This document shows, in pieces, positions 46,225-55,766 of a DNA stretch of 64,000 nt. Position 1 is the stretch's first letter. Each line of letters starts with the position of its first letter. Location of the stretch: IMG/VR virus record IMGVR_UViG_3300036715_002161, positions 74,037-138,036 of that record. One strand, written 5' to 3'. This stretch comes from a virus. A model generated the notes under the pieces. The model was given only the letters and a program-made list of their open reading frames with translations. It was not told the origin of the DNA and made no database searches. The translations under genes were made by a program, and so were the position numbers.

Positions 46225-46739
46225 TTTTTGGTCCTATCCACTAATTCTAAAAGGTCTTCTAGTAAGACGGGTTTCATCCCGTAGTTACCCGTCCAGACAT
46301 CAAACCTATTTTTTACGATTTCTGAAGTCCCATGACTATGGCCATGAAGGTGTAGACTATTGTAATACTTTTTATTCCAGGATTCAATAGGGTAGTGGAA
46401 CAGGGCAATATCAGTACCATAACCATTATAGTTCTTCAAGAATAAATAATCCTGAATAGAGTGGAAACACCTTTTATAATTATCTGTATGATCGTGGTTC
46501 CCTTTGATCAGGTGCTTTCTACCATTAAGACTATTAAGAATTTCCTTGGTTTTTTCCACCTTATGAAATGATACATCTCCCAGGTGAAAGACAATGTCTT
46601 CTGGATCCACCAAGGCATTCCAATTATCAATCATATCCCTATCCATATCATCTGCATTTGCATATGGTAAGTTACAGAACCTGATAATATTAGTATGTCC
46701 GAAGTGAGTGTCTGAGGTAAACCATGTTTTTATTGACAT
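46221..46739 (-). CDS. Calcineurin-like phosphoesterase
   Basis: FTSDTHFGH, HLGD, GNHD, HYP, HGHSH; true start likely MSIKTW at 46739. Confidence 0.9.
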   Translation of the reverse strand: MSIKTWFTSDTHFGHTNIIRFCNLPYANADDMDRDMIDNWNALVDPEDIVFHLGDVSFHKVEKTKEILNSLNGRKHLIKGNHDHTDNYKRCFHSIQDYLFLKNYNGYGTDIALFHYPIESWNKKYYNSLHLHGHSHGTSEIVKNRFDVWTGNYGMKPVLLEDLLELVDRTKN

Positions 46740-46761
46740 ATTTTTTAAAGTACTATACAGT
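46733..46761 (+). promoter_or_regulatory. Host sigma70-type promoter TTGACA-N17-TACAGT for the sigma gene
   Basis: Perfect -35, 17-nt spacer, 4/6 -10 match, 25 nt before ATG 46787. Confidence 0.6.
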
Positions 46762-46786
46762 TGATAGATAACAACAGGATATAAAA

Positions 46787-47557
46787 ATGGATTTAAGTAA
46801 ATACTATTCCGAAATCTCCAGATACAAGTCAATAGGGGCAGAAGAGGAGGTAGCCTTGTTTAAAACGTTTCAAGCTACTACAACTACAGAAAAAGAAAAA
46901 ACCAAGATTAAGGATCGTATAATCTCCTCTAACCTAAGGTTTGCCTTTAAGGAGGCCAAGAAGTTTTCAAAGAATGATCCTATATTATTTGAGGATTTGA
47001 TCTGTGCCGCCAACGAAGGATTATTGGTAGGTTTTGAAAAGTTCAATCCGGCCAATGGTGTTAGGTATTTATCATATGCAGGTTGGTGGGTAAAGCAAAG
47101 GATATTAGATGAGATGTCAAAAAAGAGAATAGTTTCTTTACCTAAATCAAAGCAGCAGCTGGCCACTAGAATTCAAAAAGCCAAAGATAGAGACGAATCC
47201 CTATCCTTGGCCGATTTAGTAAAGGTCTTTCCAGAGGATAACCCCAAGGACATTAAGGAACTTTCCGATACTAGATACCTTACGTATTATATGGAGGACC
47301 TCAGTGATGATCTTCTAGAAATAGATCCAATAGGTGAACAAGTTCAAATTAACATTGATAATAATAAGGTTTGGAAATCTGTCTCTGATCTACCCTCTCC
47401 GCACAGGGAAGTAATTGCCCAACTATTTGGGCTTGATGATGGGGTCGAGCAGTCGATTACAAACATATGTAAGTCAATGAAAGTTTCTAAGGAAACGGTA
47501 CGACAGATTAAAGCGGAGGGCCTCGAAATGCTCACAAGAAAGCTGGGCCCTACTTAG
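46787..47557 (+). CDS. Sigma-70 family sigma factor (RpoD/RpoS-like, regions 1.2-4)
   Basis: LSKYYSEI, SNLRFAFKEAKKF, DLICAANEGL..GFEKF, YAGWWVKQRI, region 4 LFGLDDG...VSKETVRQI. Confidence 0.92.
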   Translation: MDLSKYYSEISRYKSIGAEEEVALFKTFQATTTTEKEKTKIKDRIISSNLRFAFKEAKKFSKNDPILFEDLICAANEGLLVGFEKFNPANGVRYLSYAGWWVKQRILDEMSKKRIVSLPKSKQQLATRIQKAKDRDESLSLADLVKVFPEDNPKDIKELSDTRYLTYYMEDLSDDLLEIDPIGEQVQINIDNNKVWKSVSDLPSPHREVIAQLFGLDDGVEQSITNICKSMKVSKETVRQIKAEGLEMLTRKLGPT

Positions 47558-47656
47558 GTTTTATAAGGATCAAAAGTCCCAGTTAATCATTTTGATTCAT
47601 GTTAGACACTACCGAGTTCTTGTGGTTTGATAGTGGTTGCTACTCTACCGATGGTT

Positions 47657-48202
47657 CTATTGTACCGGTAGTTTTGGTTTGTTCTTAGACCCTGGTTTAC
47701 GGCCTCGACGTTTTAATAGTACTGGTCCAGGATTTTCTTCCTGGCCTCCCACCAGTAGCTCTCGTGACACTCCAGGTCCATTATCTCTTGATTTTCGGAT
47801 TCTAGGTGTTGACTGGCCAATATCTGTTTTACTATTGTGGGTTGACTTTTCAACTGATTTTCTGACAAGTCCGGAGTCCACGACTGGTCTAACCTCGGAG
47901 AAGTCATGTGTAATAGTGGGGATTTTGAAAACTGTTTGTTCTTTAGAATTTTTACGCAGCTTTTTGAAAACATAGTTTATCTTTCCAGACAGGTAATTTT
48001 TAAGTTCAATTTTTATCTCTTCACTTGGCTGGGTAGTAGTATCCAGCGCCCCATCTAGTCCTTTATCTAGATAGAAATATTTTACATAGCTTAGTATCCT
48101 ACCAGACCCATCAGGTAGGCTTAGGAAAAAATGATAAGATCCTTTGATCGAGTTAAACCCTAAATAATACGGAAGATTATTCTCCTGTTGTTTCATAGAC
48201 AA
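47657..48202 (-). CDS. Hypothetical protein with C-terminal AT-hook motif
   Basis: KRRGRKPGSKNKPK; own promoter TTACATA-N14-TGGTATAAG at 48227-48256. Confidence 0.65.
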   Translation of the reverse strand: MSMKQQENNLPYYLGFNSIKGSYHFFLSLPDGSGRILSYVKYFYLDKGLDGALDTTTQPSEEIKIELKNYLSGKINYVFKKLRKNSKEQTVFKIPTITHDFSEVRPVVDSGLVRKSVEKSTHNSKTDIGQSTPRIRKSRDNGPGVSRELLVGGQEENPGPVLLKRRGRKPGSKNKPKLPVQ

Positions 48203-48323
48203 ACCTATATATTTTTCTTATATCTACTTATACCACAACCTGATGGTATTATGTAATCTAGTTTACGACTGGGAAATTCCTATTTGGTATGTGGTAATGT
48301 ATACGGCTTTACAATACCCGACT

Positions 48324-48776
48324 TTATTTTTTAGTAGGTTTAAAGTCAGAGATAAAAGGCTGAATGGATATTTTACCGGAGTCCAAAACCAGACTAAATG
48401 GTGCATTTTCCCCCATAGAAGCAACGACTGTCATATAGGTTATTCCAAACGTTTTAATCAGTTCTGAAAACTGACTGGCAAGTGCATAGCCCCTTGCCAA
48501 ACGATCCACCTGGATCTTATCTTCTATAATCCTTAGAAAATCCCGTAAAGTATTAGCTTTGTTAACCTCAGTATTAGAAATATCAATACCAAAAGTGTCC
48601 TTGATGCCAAGACACATCTCAATCATATCAAGGCCATCCATTTCTAGGTCTTTTCTAAGATCTGTTTCTAAATGTATGTCAGATCTCTGCCTATCTAGTT
48701 GCTCTGATATAGTGGTAATCAGATACTGCTGTCTATCTTCAGGCTTCAATGTATATCTCCTCAAACACAGGTTCAA
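48324..48776 (-). CDS. Acyl carrier protein-like domain protein lacking the attachment serine; start uncertain
   Basis: ISEQL...DLRKDLEMDGLDMIEM...DTFGIDIS...TLRD; DSLD replaced by DGLD. Confidence 0.75.
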   Translation of the reverse strand: MNLCLRRYTLKPEDRQQYLITTISEQLDRQRSDIHLETDLRKDLEMDGLDMIEMCLGIKDTFGIDISNTEVNKANTLRDFLRIIEDKIQVDRLARGYALASQFSELIKTFGITYMTVVASMGENAPFSLVLDSGKISIQPFISDFKPTKK

Positions 48777-48993
48777 TCAATGGCTCTATTTTTTTAATCC
48801 GCCAGGGTTCAATACAACTCCCTTTGTATAAACCTATGTGCCCTATGGTAGATATAATGTCACTACAAAATACACACTTCGCTAAATCATTTAAAGGACC
48901 TCTGTCAACAGTAAGTATATTACCTATTGTATCCCCATTATTACAACAAACTGTAGGTTTTATGACTACTACTAAATCACCATGTTTAAACAT
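48739..48993 (-). CDS. Hypothetical Cys-rich protein
   Basis: FKHGDLVVVI...CC...CVFC. Confidence 0.55.
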   Translation of the reverse strand: MFKHGDLVVVIKPTVCCNNGDTIGNILTVDRGPLNDLAKCVFCSDIISTIGHIGLYKGSCIEPWRIKKIEPLIEPVFEEIYIEA

Positions 48994-49034
48994 ATATATC
49001 TACCTAAACGTTTACTAAAAGAACACTAGGAGTT

Positions 49035-49217
49035 TTAATTCTGAGATTTATCTTTTGCCTCTTTAATCTTTCGGTTAAGTTCAACGTTAATGTCTTCAAG
49101 TTTTAAAAACTCTCTACGACAATAACTATCATTTTTTACAGGTAAGCCAGCCCTGTTTACTTCTTGACTAGGCCCAAATCCAAAGGCAGTGGCCAAGTCC
49201 TTCAAAAAAGATTTCAT
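49035..49217 (-). CDS. Hypothetical protein
   Basis: Packed ORF. Confidence 0.5.
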   Translation of the reverse strand: MKSFLKDLATAFGFGPSQEVNRAGLPVKNDSYCRREFLKLEDINVELNRKIKEAKDKSQN

Positions 49218-49219
49218 AA

Positions 49220-49423
49220 CTAAGATACCGATAAGTGATTTTTAGTACAGACCTCAAAGATCTTGTACCCTAAAATAATTTGTTGACCAGGGTCAGGCTT
49301 ATAATGAGGCGATTCATTCAGTAACCTAAGTTCACCCTCTCCCAAGTATAGGTTCTGGGGCAATTGGCCAGTAGTGCGTATGAACTCTTGAGCCGTCACA
49401 CGTATCCTATAAATGATTTCCAT
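49220..49423 (-). CDS. Hypothetical protein
   Basis: Directly preceded by promoter motif 49428-49457. Confidence 0.55.
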   Translation of the reverse strand: MEIIYRIRVTAQEFIRTTGQLPQNLYLGEGELRLLNESPHYKPDPGQQIILGYKIFEVCTKNHLSVS

Positions 49424-49458
49424 AGTACTTATACCAAATTCAATAATTAATATCTAAC

Positions 49459-49650
49459 CTAGGCTCCCACCATTTTACCGCCTACTTCCGGAAAACACTC
49501 TACTACTACATTTTTCTCCGGAGCCACCTTTTTGATAATTGTTTCAATGGCATAAGTCTTCAATTTTAAGCAGGCATCTGCACTGGGAACTTCGATTACC
49601 TGAGCTCCTGTATTTCCAAACAGTAGAATTAAAACGTAGTATGTGTTCAT
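49459..49650 (-). CDS. Small exported/membrane protein
   Basis: Hydrophobic N-terminus, two Cys. Confidence 0.55.
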   Translation of the reverse strand: MNTYYVLILLFGNTGAQVIEVPSADACLKLKTYAIETIIKKVAPEKNVVVECFPEVGGKMVGA

Positions 49651-49663
49651 CCCAAACCTTTAA

Positions 49664-49813
49664 TTAGTGGGGGTACCCCCAAGTTACTGTTGCCGTAATG
49701 GCAAAGGCAGATAACCAGTAAAACATATCTGCCCACTTTCCCTGGACTGCCCACCATAGTGCATTTAGTAGGTATAGTACAAGAATAACATAATTAAATA
49801 TTTTAGGATTCAT
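49664..49813 (-). CDS. 49-aa membrane peptide (not in ORF track)
   Basis: MNPKIFNYVILVLYLLNALWWAVQGKWADMFYWLSAFAITATVTWGYPH. Confidence 0.55.
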   Translation of the reverse strand: MNPKIFNYVILVLYLLNALWWAVQGKWADMFYWLSAFAITATVTWGYPH

Positions 49814-49866
49814 TGGTCAAACAAAGGTCCGAGATTAGGGATTACATATAGGCACATACTGTTTCC

Positions 49867-51474
49867 TTATTTATAACAAACTGCCTCTAGTAACCAGTTT
49901 TGAAGGACCTTATTATTAGACCTTAAGAACTTCTTAAATCTGCTATCAATTAAAACCGTATGACCCCAGTCAGTGTCAGACCTCACTACTCTGCCTATCT
50001 GTTGACCAAATGTTATCAAGGCTCGATAGTTATATCCTATAAAGTCATTTTTTAATTGATGATATGTAAATGGGTCTGAGACATTATCATATGGCACTCG
50101 AAGAATAATCTGAAACCTAGCTCGGTCATCCTTCATGTCCACGCCCTGCTGACAGATGGGAGAGATTAAGACCAAAGGCTTATCTGACTCATAGAACATA
50201 TTTAAAACCTGTTGGAAATCTGTTTTGTCATGTAGAATCACCCGCCCCGTTTTCTTAAGAGAGGCATAAATCTGTCTGGCCACTGCATAGCTTGGGGTAT
50301 GGATAAGCCCTTTTACGTCATGATATGTTTCCAAGACAGTCTCCAGGCTTTTAACTATGCTAGGGTAATTTTCATCCCAGGTCCGATGAGATGTATCTAC
50401 CAGTAAGTCTTCTTTTACAACAATAGGCCTATTTTTTTTATTGAAACTAGAGGCCACCTTGATAAAATAAGTTTCGTCCTTTACGAGTCCTAGCCCTCTA
50501 CAGAAAAGCTCTTTTGAATACACAGTACCAGACATTAAAAGTCTTCTAGTGCCATAATTGAACAGGAGACTATTTGCGTCTCGACCTATATCCAGCGGGA
50601 CTATCTTGAGCCTAACCTCATGCCTAGGAGTATCGTTAGTGTCAAGGCTAAAAATGTAATTCTGCTCATGTTCCCGGTAGATTATTTCAAGATTAAATAT
50701 GAACTTAGACACTCTTTCCAAGTAATCATCTCTAGGTGAGGTACTGCCACCAATAGGTATACTTTCAGAGTATTCTGTTTGCATCTCAGACAAAAGGATT
50801 TCCCATGTTCCTGGTGGAGTATTTTCATAAGAGGCACCTGAAAGTACGGCTGCTGCCTTTTCTGGAAGCATTATTGAGAAAGTCGCAAAATCTCGGATTA
50901 CCCCAGCTATCTCATGGGCCTCATCCACTATCAGCAAATCTCTTGGAGGAAAGTGCCCAGCAAAAGAAGACTGGTAAATAAAAGAGTGGAAATTGTGTAC
51001 CACGGTCTTATTCTCAATAGCCAAGTCTATGGCTAGCTTATAAGGGCACGGATTAATTGCTACACATTCTTTGTATACGGCTGGGCTGCCTTTACAAGGC
51101 CCTTCTGCACAAGAATAAGATCCACGACGAACTTCTGATTTACCAGTAGCCCGTATGGAATCTAAAACCCCACTGATATAATCCTTATCCTTATTCTTAT
51201 AGATACATGGGTATGCATTTCTACCCTTCATCAAGTAGGCATCTGTCGGGAAATCGTCATTATATTGATTTTGTAACGATTTTCTAGGGGTGATAATATA
51301 GGAACTTTCTTCCTTATTACCAAAAGTAACGGCAATGGCGCTTTTACCACAGCCGACGGGGCCTTCAACTATTACATTTTTATACCCCGAGTCAAAAGCC
51401 TTTTCAATCTCCAGGATAATTTCTTTCTGGGATTTTCTAGGATTTGGCAAGGGGAAATATTGCATTACAGACAT
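49867..51474 (-). CDS. DinG/XPD-family helicase
   Basis: PRKSQ Q-motif, GPVGCGKS, Cys cluster, IVDEAH, MSGT, QQIGRVVRSDTDWG. Confidence 0.9.
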   Translation of the reverse strand: MSVMQYFPLPNPRKSQKEIILEIEKAFDSGYKNVIVEGPVGCGKSAIAVTFGNKEESSYIITPRKSLQNQYNDDFPTDAYLMKGRNAYPCIYKNKDKDYISGVLDSIRATGKSEVRRGSYSCAEGPCKGSPAVYKECVAINPCPYKLAIDLAIENKTVVHNFHSFIYQSSFAGHFPPRDLLIVDEAHEIAGVIRDFATFSIMLPEKAAAVLSGASYENTPPGTWEILLSEMQTEYSESIPIGGSTSPRDDYLERVSKFIFNLEIIYREHEQNYIFSLDTNDTPRHEVRLKIVPLDIGRDANSLLFNYGTRRLLMSGTVYSKELFCRGLGLVKDETYFIKVASSFNKKNRPIVVKEDLLVDTSHRTWDENYPSIVKSLETVLETYHDVKGLIHTPSYAVARQIYASLKKTGRVILHDKTDFQQVLNMFYESDKPLVLISPICQQGVDMKDDRARFQIILRVPYDNVSDPFTYHQLKNDFIGYNYRALITFGQQIGRVVRSDTDWGHTVLIDSRFKKFLRSNNKVLQNWLLEAVCYK

Positions 51475-51480
51475 GGTTGT

Positions 51481-51753
51481 TCACCTAATAAGTGTTTCGT
51501 AAAGTTTCCAATCACAGGCCAAAATATCTTCCGGTTTAAACCCTACAAGTCCTGTGAACAAAAATGGTTCTGGTTTAAACATGATACTCCAATATTCTCC
51601 AGGTTGCCATCCTGACCGACAGATTTTTTCGCCACACTTTAATTCAAATAATGCTTTTTCAAAGTTCATAATAGTTCTCCAAAAGAAACAAATAAAAAAA
51701 ACCAGGATCAAAACTACCGATCCTGGCGAGTGGCTAGACAAAAAAGCTAGCAA
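51481..51753 (-). CDS. Small conserved phage protein (DUF2829-like); probable start at internal MNFEKAL
   Basis: MNFEKALFELKCGEKICRSGW...EDILACDW. Confidence 0.6.
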   Translation of the reverse strand: MLAFLSSHSPGSVVLILVFFICFFWRTIMNFEKALFELKCGEKICRSGWQPGEYWSIMFKPEPFLFTGLVGFKPEDILACDWKLYETLIR

Positions 51754-51816
51754 GGAGCAGCGGTCTAATAAAACGACCGCAACAAAAGAAAAAAGTAAAC
51801 TCTACTCTCTACCTTA

Positions 51817-51846
51817 CTTATACCAATATATAAGCCCTATATCTAA
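51817..51846 (-). promoter_or_regulatory. Phage promoter TTAGATA-N14-TGGTATAAG
   Basis: Exact bipartite motif, intergenic. Confidence 0.8.
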
Positions 51847-52470
51847 TTATTGTTCAGCTGCTTCAAGTACTTCTCTTTCTGCATCCAGGTCCCGGTTTAG
51901 GGCTTTTTGAGTTGAAAAACCTTCTGGGTACCGGGCCTTTAATTTCTTAATATTAGCCTCTCTGGCATTGGCCACCGACAAGTCTTGGAGAAGACAGAAG
52001 AAGTTAAGTGAGTTTGAAACCTCTAGTAGAATTTCCATTATTCTGGAAGTATCTATCGGGCTGGTGATTATAATCTCAAGCATGGAAGAAGCCTCTCTCA
52101 TGCCTACCGACAATACTCCAACCAAGGCCCTCTGTTTAGCTGTGGCGTCGGACAGATCATATAACTTCCTCAGATCTACAAATTCGTCATTCTGCATAAG
52201 TGCCTCATGCTGGTCCATATCTACTACCTGACCTCTGATTTTTTCCAAGGCCAAATATCCAAGAGCCAAGTACCAGTAGACATCACCTACTTCTTCTACT
52301 ACGTTTACCAGGTCAAGCTTTTTATTGTAGAATCGCTCACGCTTTAAGGCATCAACTAACTCTCCGATTTCAGTCATAAGCCCGTAGGCAGTATGCTCTA
52401 GGTCGTTGTCTACGGTAGAATCTTTGAGATTGGTATTGGCCGACAGAAGCGCATATTCTTTGAAATTCAT
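51847..52470 (-). CDS. MazG-like nucleotide pyrophosphohydrolase
   Basis: GLMTEIGELVDALKR, EEVGDVYWY, NIKKLKARYPEGF. Confidence 0.88.
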   Translation of the reverse strand: MNFKEYALLSANTNLKDSTVDNDLEHTAYGLMTEIGELVDALKRERFYNKKLDLVNVVEEVGDVYWYLALGYLALEKIRGQVVDMDQHEALMQNDEFVDLRKLYDLSDATAKQRALVGVLSVGMREASSMLEIIITSPIDTSRIMEILLEVSNSLNFFCLLQDLSVANAREANIKKLKARYPEGFSTQKALNRDLDAEREVLEAAEQ

Positions 52471-52479
52471 TTTTAGGTC

Positions 52480-53511
52480 CTATAAGGAAAATTTAAAATT
52501 AGTAGTGTCATTTGTCAGAGTACCGACTAGATAGCTTGACAATTCAACTTCTTGTGGTGCTACTTGAGTATTAATATTACCATACCACTTCTCAACCCAG
52601 GGAATTGGATGGGTTAATTTATGGTGACCCTTAGGACTAAGTCCAATGGCCGCCTTTCTACGTGGCAGTAAATACTCTACGTATTGTATCAGGATTTTCT
52701 CATTTAGGCCAAGAATACTTCCCTGACTAAATAGATATTTAACCCAGTCGATTTCCTGTTGACCGGCCTGGTCAAAAATTTCAGTAGCCCGATTCCTGTT
52801 GTCACCTATGATTTGGACAAAGTCTGGGTCGTCTTTTGGCAAGGCTTTAAGTATGTGTTGGACCAAGGCCATATGCTGGGTTTCGTCCCTTGAAATGAGC
52901 TTGACAACCTTAGCCGAAGCCTCTACTTTACCACGTTCGGCAAAGGAAAAAGTGCAGGCAAAACTTGTGGGAAACCGTATTGCCTCTAAGGCATTGGCCG
53001 AAATCAAGGCAAGGTAAAGATTCTCCTTATTTGGGTTGTCAATCAAGGCATCATAGGCATGGGTCACTGCTGTGGCGCAATCTACAATCGGCACAATATT
53101 AGGTAGGTCGTCAAATATTACAGAAGGGTCAGAGTATATTGCCCGGATTATATGGGTATAACTTTCGCTATGAATACTTTCAAAGAAAGACCAGGTCAAA
53201 ATACAGTTCTCTAAACTAGGATCAGTACAATGAGGTAAAAAGGCCATACTAGGAGCCCGACCCTGGATAGAATCCAGTAGAATCTGTCTCTTTAGATTAC
53301 TGGTAAAGACAAACTGTTCCTCTTCGGACAAACTTTCAAAACTACTTTTTTCACCAGACCAATCCACTTCTACTTCTGGATTCCAGTAGAAAGACTTCAT
53401 CTTAGTATTCAATTTATAAAAGATAGGGTGAGGCAAGACATCATATCTTGCAATCCCCCTACCCTCCCCAAAAAATAGCTTTGGAGAAAAAGGGTCAAGG
53501 TTAAGAATCAT
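52480..53511 (-). CDS. nrdB: Ribonucleotide reductase class Ia beta subunit
   Basis: LLDSIQGR, ESIHSESY, LEAIRF, RDETQH, QVAPQEVELSSY. Confidence 0.96.
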   Translation of the reverse strand: MILNLDPFSPKLFFGEGRGIARYDVLPHPIFYKLNTKMKSFYWNPEVEVDWSGEKSSFESLSEEEQFVFTSNLKRQILLDSIQGRAPSMAFLPHCTDPSLENCILTWSFFESIHSESYTHIIRAIYSDPSVIFDDLPNIVPIVDCATAVTHAYDALIDNPNKENLYLALISANALEAIRFPTSFACTFSFAERGKVEASAKVVKLISRDETQHMALVQHILKALPKDDPDFVQIIGDNRNRATEIFDQAGQQEIDWVKYLFSQGSILGLNEKILIQYVEYLLPRRKAAIGLSPKGHHKLTHPIPWVEKWYGNINTQVAPQEVELSSYLVGTLTNDTTNFKFSL

Positions 53512-55766
53512 TAAATTTTACAAGCTCCACTTTCACAGGAAGTATCTTCTTCTACATTTGGGTCTTCGTCCAGGACGTTGCTGTAATACAAACATTTAGT
53601 CCCAAGCTTATAGGCCAATAAAATATCACTCAATATTACTCCAGTAGAAATTTGCTGTTTGGCCGGGTTATAAGTAGTATTAGTACTGATGGCCTGATCA
53701 ATAAACTTCTGCATTATTGCCAAGGTTTTTAAGTAGTCTGAGACTGGGACATCCCAAGCTAACTGGTAGGCATGGTTGAGTTTGTTAATCTCCGGTACTA
53801 CCTGGGCCATAGTACCATCTTTAGACCCTTTAATTGTAATTAATCCTTTTGGAGGCTCGATTCCATTAGTCTCATTGGCCAACTGACTAGATGTCTCACT
53901 AGGCATAAGGGCCATCAAGGTAGAATTACGAATGCCATGTTTTAGTACCCGCTCCTTAAGGCTATCCCAATCCATCTTCAAGGTATATTCCAAACCAAAG
54001 GTGGCAAGATCCTTTGGAAATATACCTTGGGAGTACCTGGTTGGCTTAGAGAATTTGTAGTCTGGATTTTCAGAGGCCAGGTCAATAGAGGCCTTAGTCA
54101 AGTAATAAGCCATCTGTTCCATTTTGTCGTGGACGGCCTGAAGAGTTTCAGGGCTACCCCAGACCAAACTGTTCTTGGCCAAGTAATGGGCAAAACCGAT
54201 TATGCCAATACCTAAGGGGCGATATTCCTGAGTATGGAGCCGGGCTTCTTCCAAAGGATAATCTTGGTAGTCCAGGAGTCGGTCTAAGGCCCTTACTGCC
54301 ATGTTACAGGCCAATTCCATTTCCGATTCAGTATCAATCTTACCCCAGTTTAGGGCTGACAGGGTACACAATGCAATACGGCCCTTGGTTTGATCCTTAG
54401 ACATGTGCTCAGTAACTTGCAAGATTTCCGTGCAAAGGTTAGTCATTTTTACCGATTCCAAGAATGGGCTTTGACTATTAACGTGGTCTGCATTCAATAT
54501 ATAAATACGGCCAGTTTCAAATCTTTCTGTGGCCAGTTTGGTGAAGACGTCAATTGCCGCCATTGTTCTTTTAGTCTTAGTAGGATCTTTTTCATATTGC
54601 TCATATAAAACTTTAAAATTTTCAGGTGGGCCATAAAAAGCTTCATATAGGTCAGGTACTTCTTCAGGACTAAAAAAGGTAATATCTCCTTTTTGAATCA
54701 ATCTTTCGTACATCGTCTTATTTAAGTGAACACAGTAGTCTACCGTTCTTATACGGTTTTCTTCCGTACCTTTTACGTTTTTCAATTCAATCAAGGCAGG
54801 GAATTCTAAATGAAAAATAGGCCAATTCATTGTACAACTTGCCCCTCTAATTGCACCTTGACTACAGGACTTAAGGGCTGCATTGAAGTATTTTGCAAAA
54901 GGTATTACCCCAGTAGAGACTGCATCCCCTTTTCTAACCTTTTGACCTTGGGCCCGGATGGCCCCGATATTAAGACCTATTCCAGCCTTGCGAGAGGCAT
55001 AGTCTACAATGGCCGAAGCTGCTGCATTAATACTATCCCGACTATCCCCTGAAGAAATCAAGACGCAACTACTAAACTGTTTTTCAGAAGTCCGGAGACC
55101 GGCCATTAAAGGAGTAGGTAGAGAGACATAGTGCTGAGACACCAAGTCATAGTAAACCTTGATTGCTTGCATACGTTCTTCTCCTGAGTACTCATGAAAG
55201 AGAATTGCCGACACAAGGATGTAGGGTATTTGATAGGTTTCAAAGACCTGTCTGGTCTGCCTGTCTTGGACTAGATATTTCTTATGCATCTGTTCAGAAC
55301 CGGCATATCTAAAAAGATCGTCCCGGGAATGATCGATAAATGAGTCGATTGTTTTCCACTCCTGGTCGGAGTACATATCCCTAAGATCAGGATCATAGTA
55401 ACCTAGGGCGGTATTAGTCTCAATAAACCATATCAAAGGTTTTACTAAATAAGACCCACAAGTATCCTTGCGGACTCCAAGCCAACGTAGCCGAGCCGCC
55501 ACATGGTCATAGCTAGGAGTATCCTCCGAAATAAGGTCGGCAGCCGCCTTAATTGTACTCTCGTTAATTGAAGTGGTAGTAATACCCTCATAGAACTTGG
55601 TATTAGCCATGAGCTCGATGGCCGACACTGAAGTATTCTTAATTGCCTTTAGCCCTAGATTGGGATCACCATTACAAACACGGTCCAAGACCAGATGAAT
55701 CTTATTAAGGTCAATGTCTTGAAGACCCCCACTACGTTTTTGTACTTGCATCTTTTGTTGTCTCAT
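53511..55766 (-). CDS. nrdA: Ribonucleotide reductase class Ia alpha subunit with ATP cone
   Basis: VQKRSG, QFSSCVLI, TNLCTEI, LMPSETSSQ, LYY, CESGACKI. Confidence 0.97.
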   Translation of the reverse strand: MRQQKMQVQKRSGGLQDIDLNKIHLVLDRVCNGDPNLGLKAIKNTSVSAIELMANTKFYEGITTTSINESTIKAAADLISEDTPSYDHVAARLRWLGVRKDTCGSYLVKPLIWFIETNTALGYYDPDLRDMYSDQEWKTIDSFIDHSRDDLFRYAGSEQMHKKYLVQDRQTRQVFETYQIPYILVSAILFHEYSGEERMQAIKVYYDLVSQHYVSLPTPLMAGLRTSEKQFSSCVLISSGDSRDSINAAASAIVDYASRKAGIGLNIGAIRAQGQKVRKGDAVSTGVIPFAKYFNAALKSCSQGAIRGASCTMNWPIFHLEFPALIELKNVKGTEENRIRTVDYCVHLNKTMYERLIQKGDITFFSPEEVPDLYEAFYGPPENFKVLYEQYEKDPTKTKRTMAAIDVFTKLATERFETGRIYILNADHVNSQSPFLESVKMTNLCTEILQVTEHMSKDQTKGRIALCTLSALNWGKIDTESEMELACNMAVRALDRLLDYQDYPLEEARLHTQEYRPLGIGIIGFAHYLAKNSLVWGSPETLQAVHDKMEQMAYYLTKASIDLASENPDYKFSKPTRYSQGIFPKDLATFGLEYTLKMDWDSLKERVLKHGIRNSTLMALMPSETSSQLANETNGIEPPKGLITIKGSKDGTMAQVVPEINKLNHAYQLAWDVPVSDYLKTLAIMQKFIDQAISTNTTYNPAKQQISTGVILSDILLAYKLGTKCLYYSNVLDEDPNVEEDTSCESGACKI

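Noticed and set aside
46740-46832. N-terminal extension of the phosphoesterase overlapping the sigma gene
   Set aside because: Family motifs start at MSIKTWFTSD (46739); the extension is an ORF-caller artefact.
32717-55766. Introns or inteins in the DNA polymerase, nrdA or nrdB
   Set aside because: Frames are continuous and of normal length, with no intein or homing endonuclease motifs.
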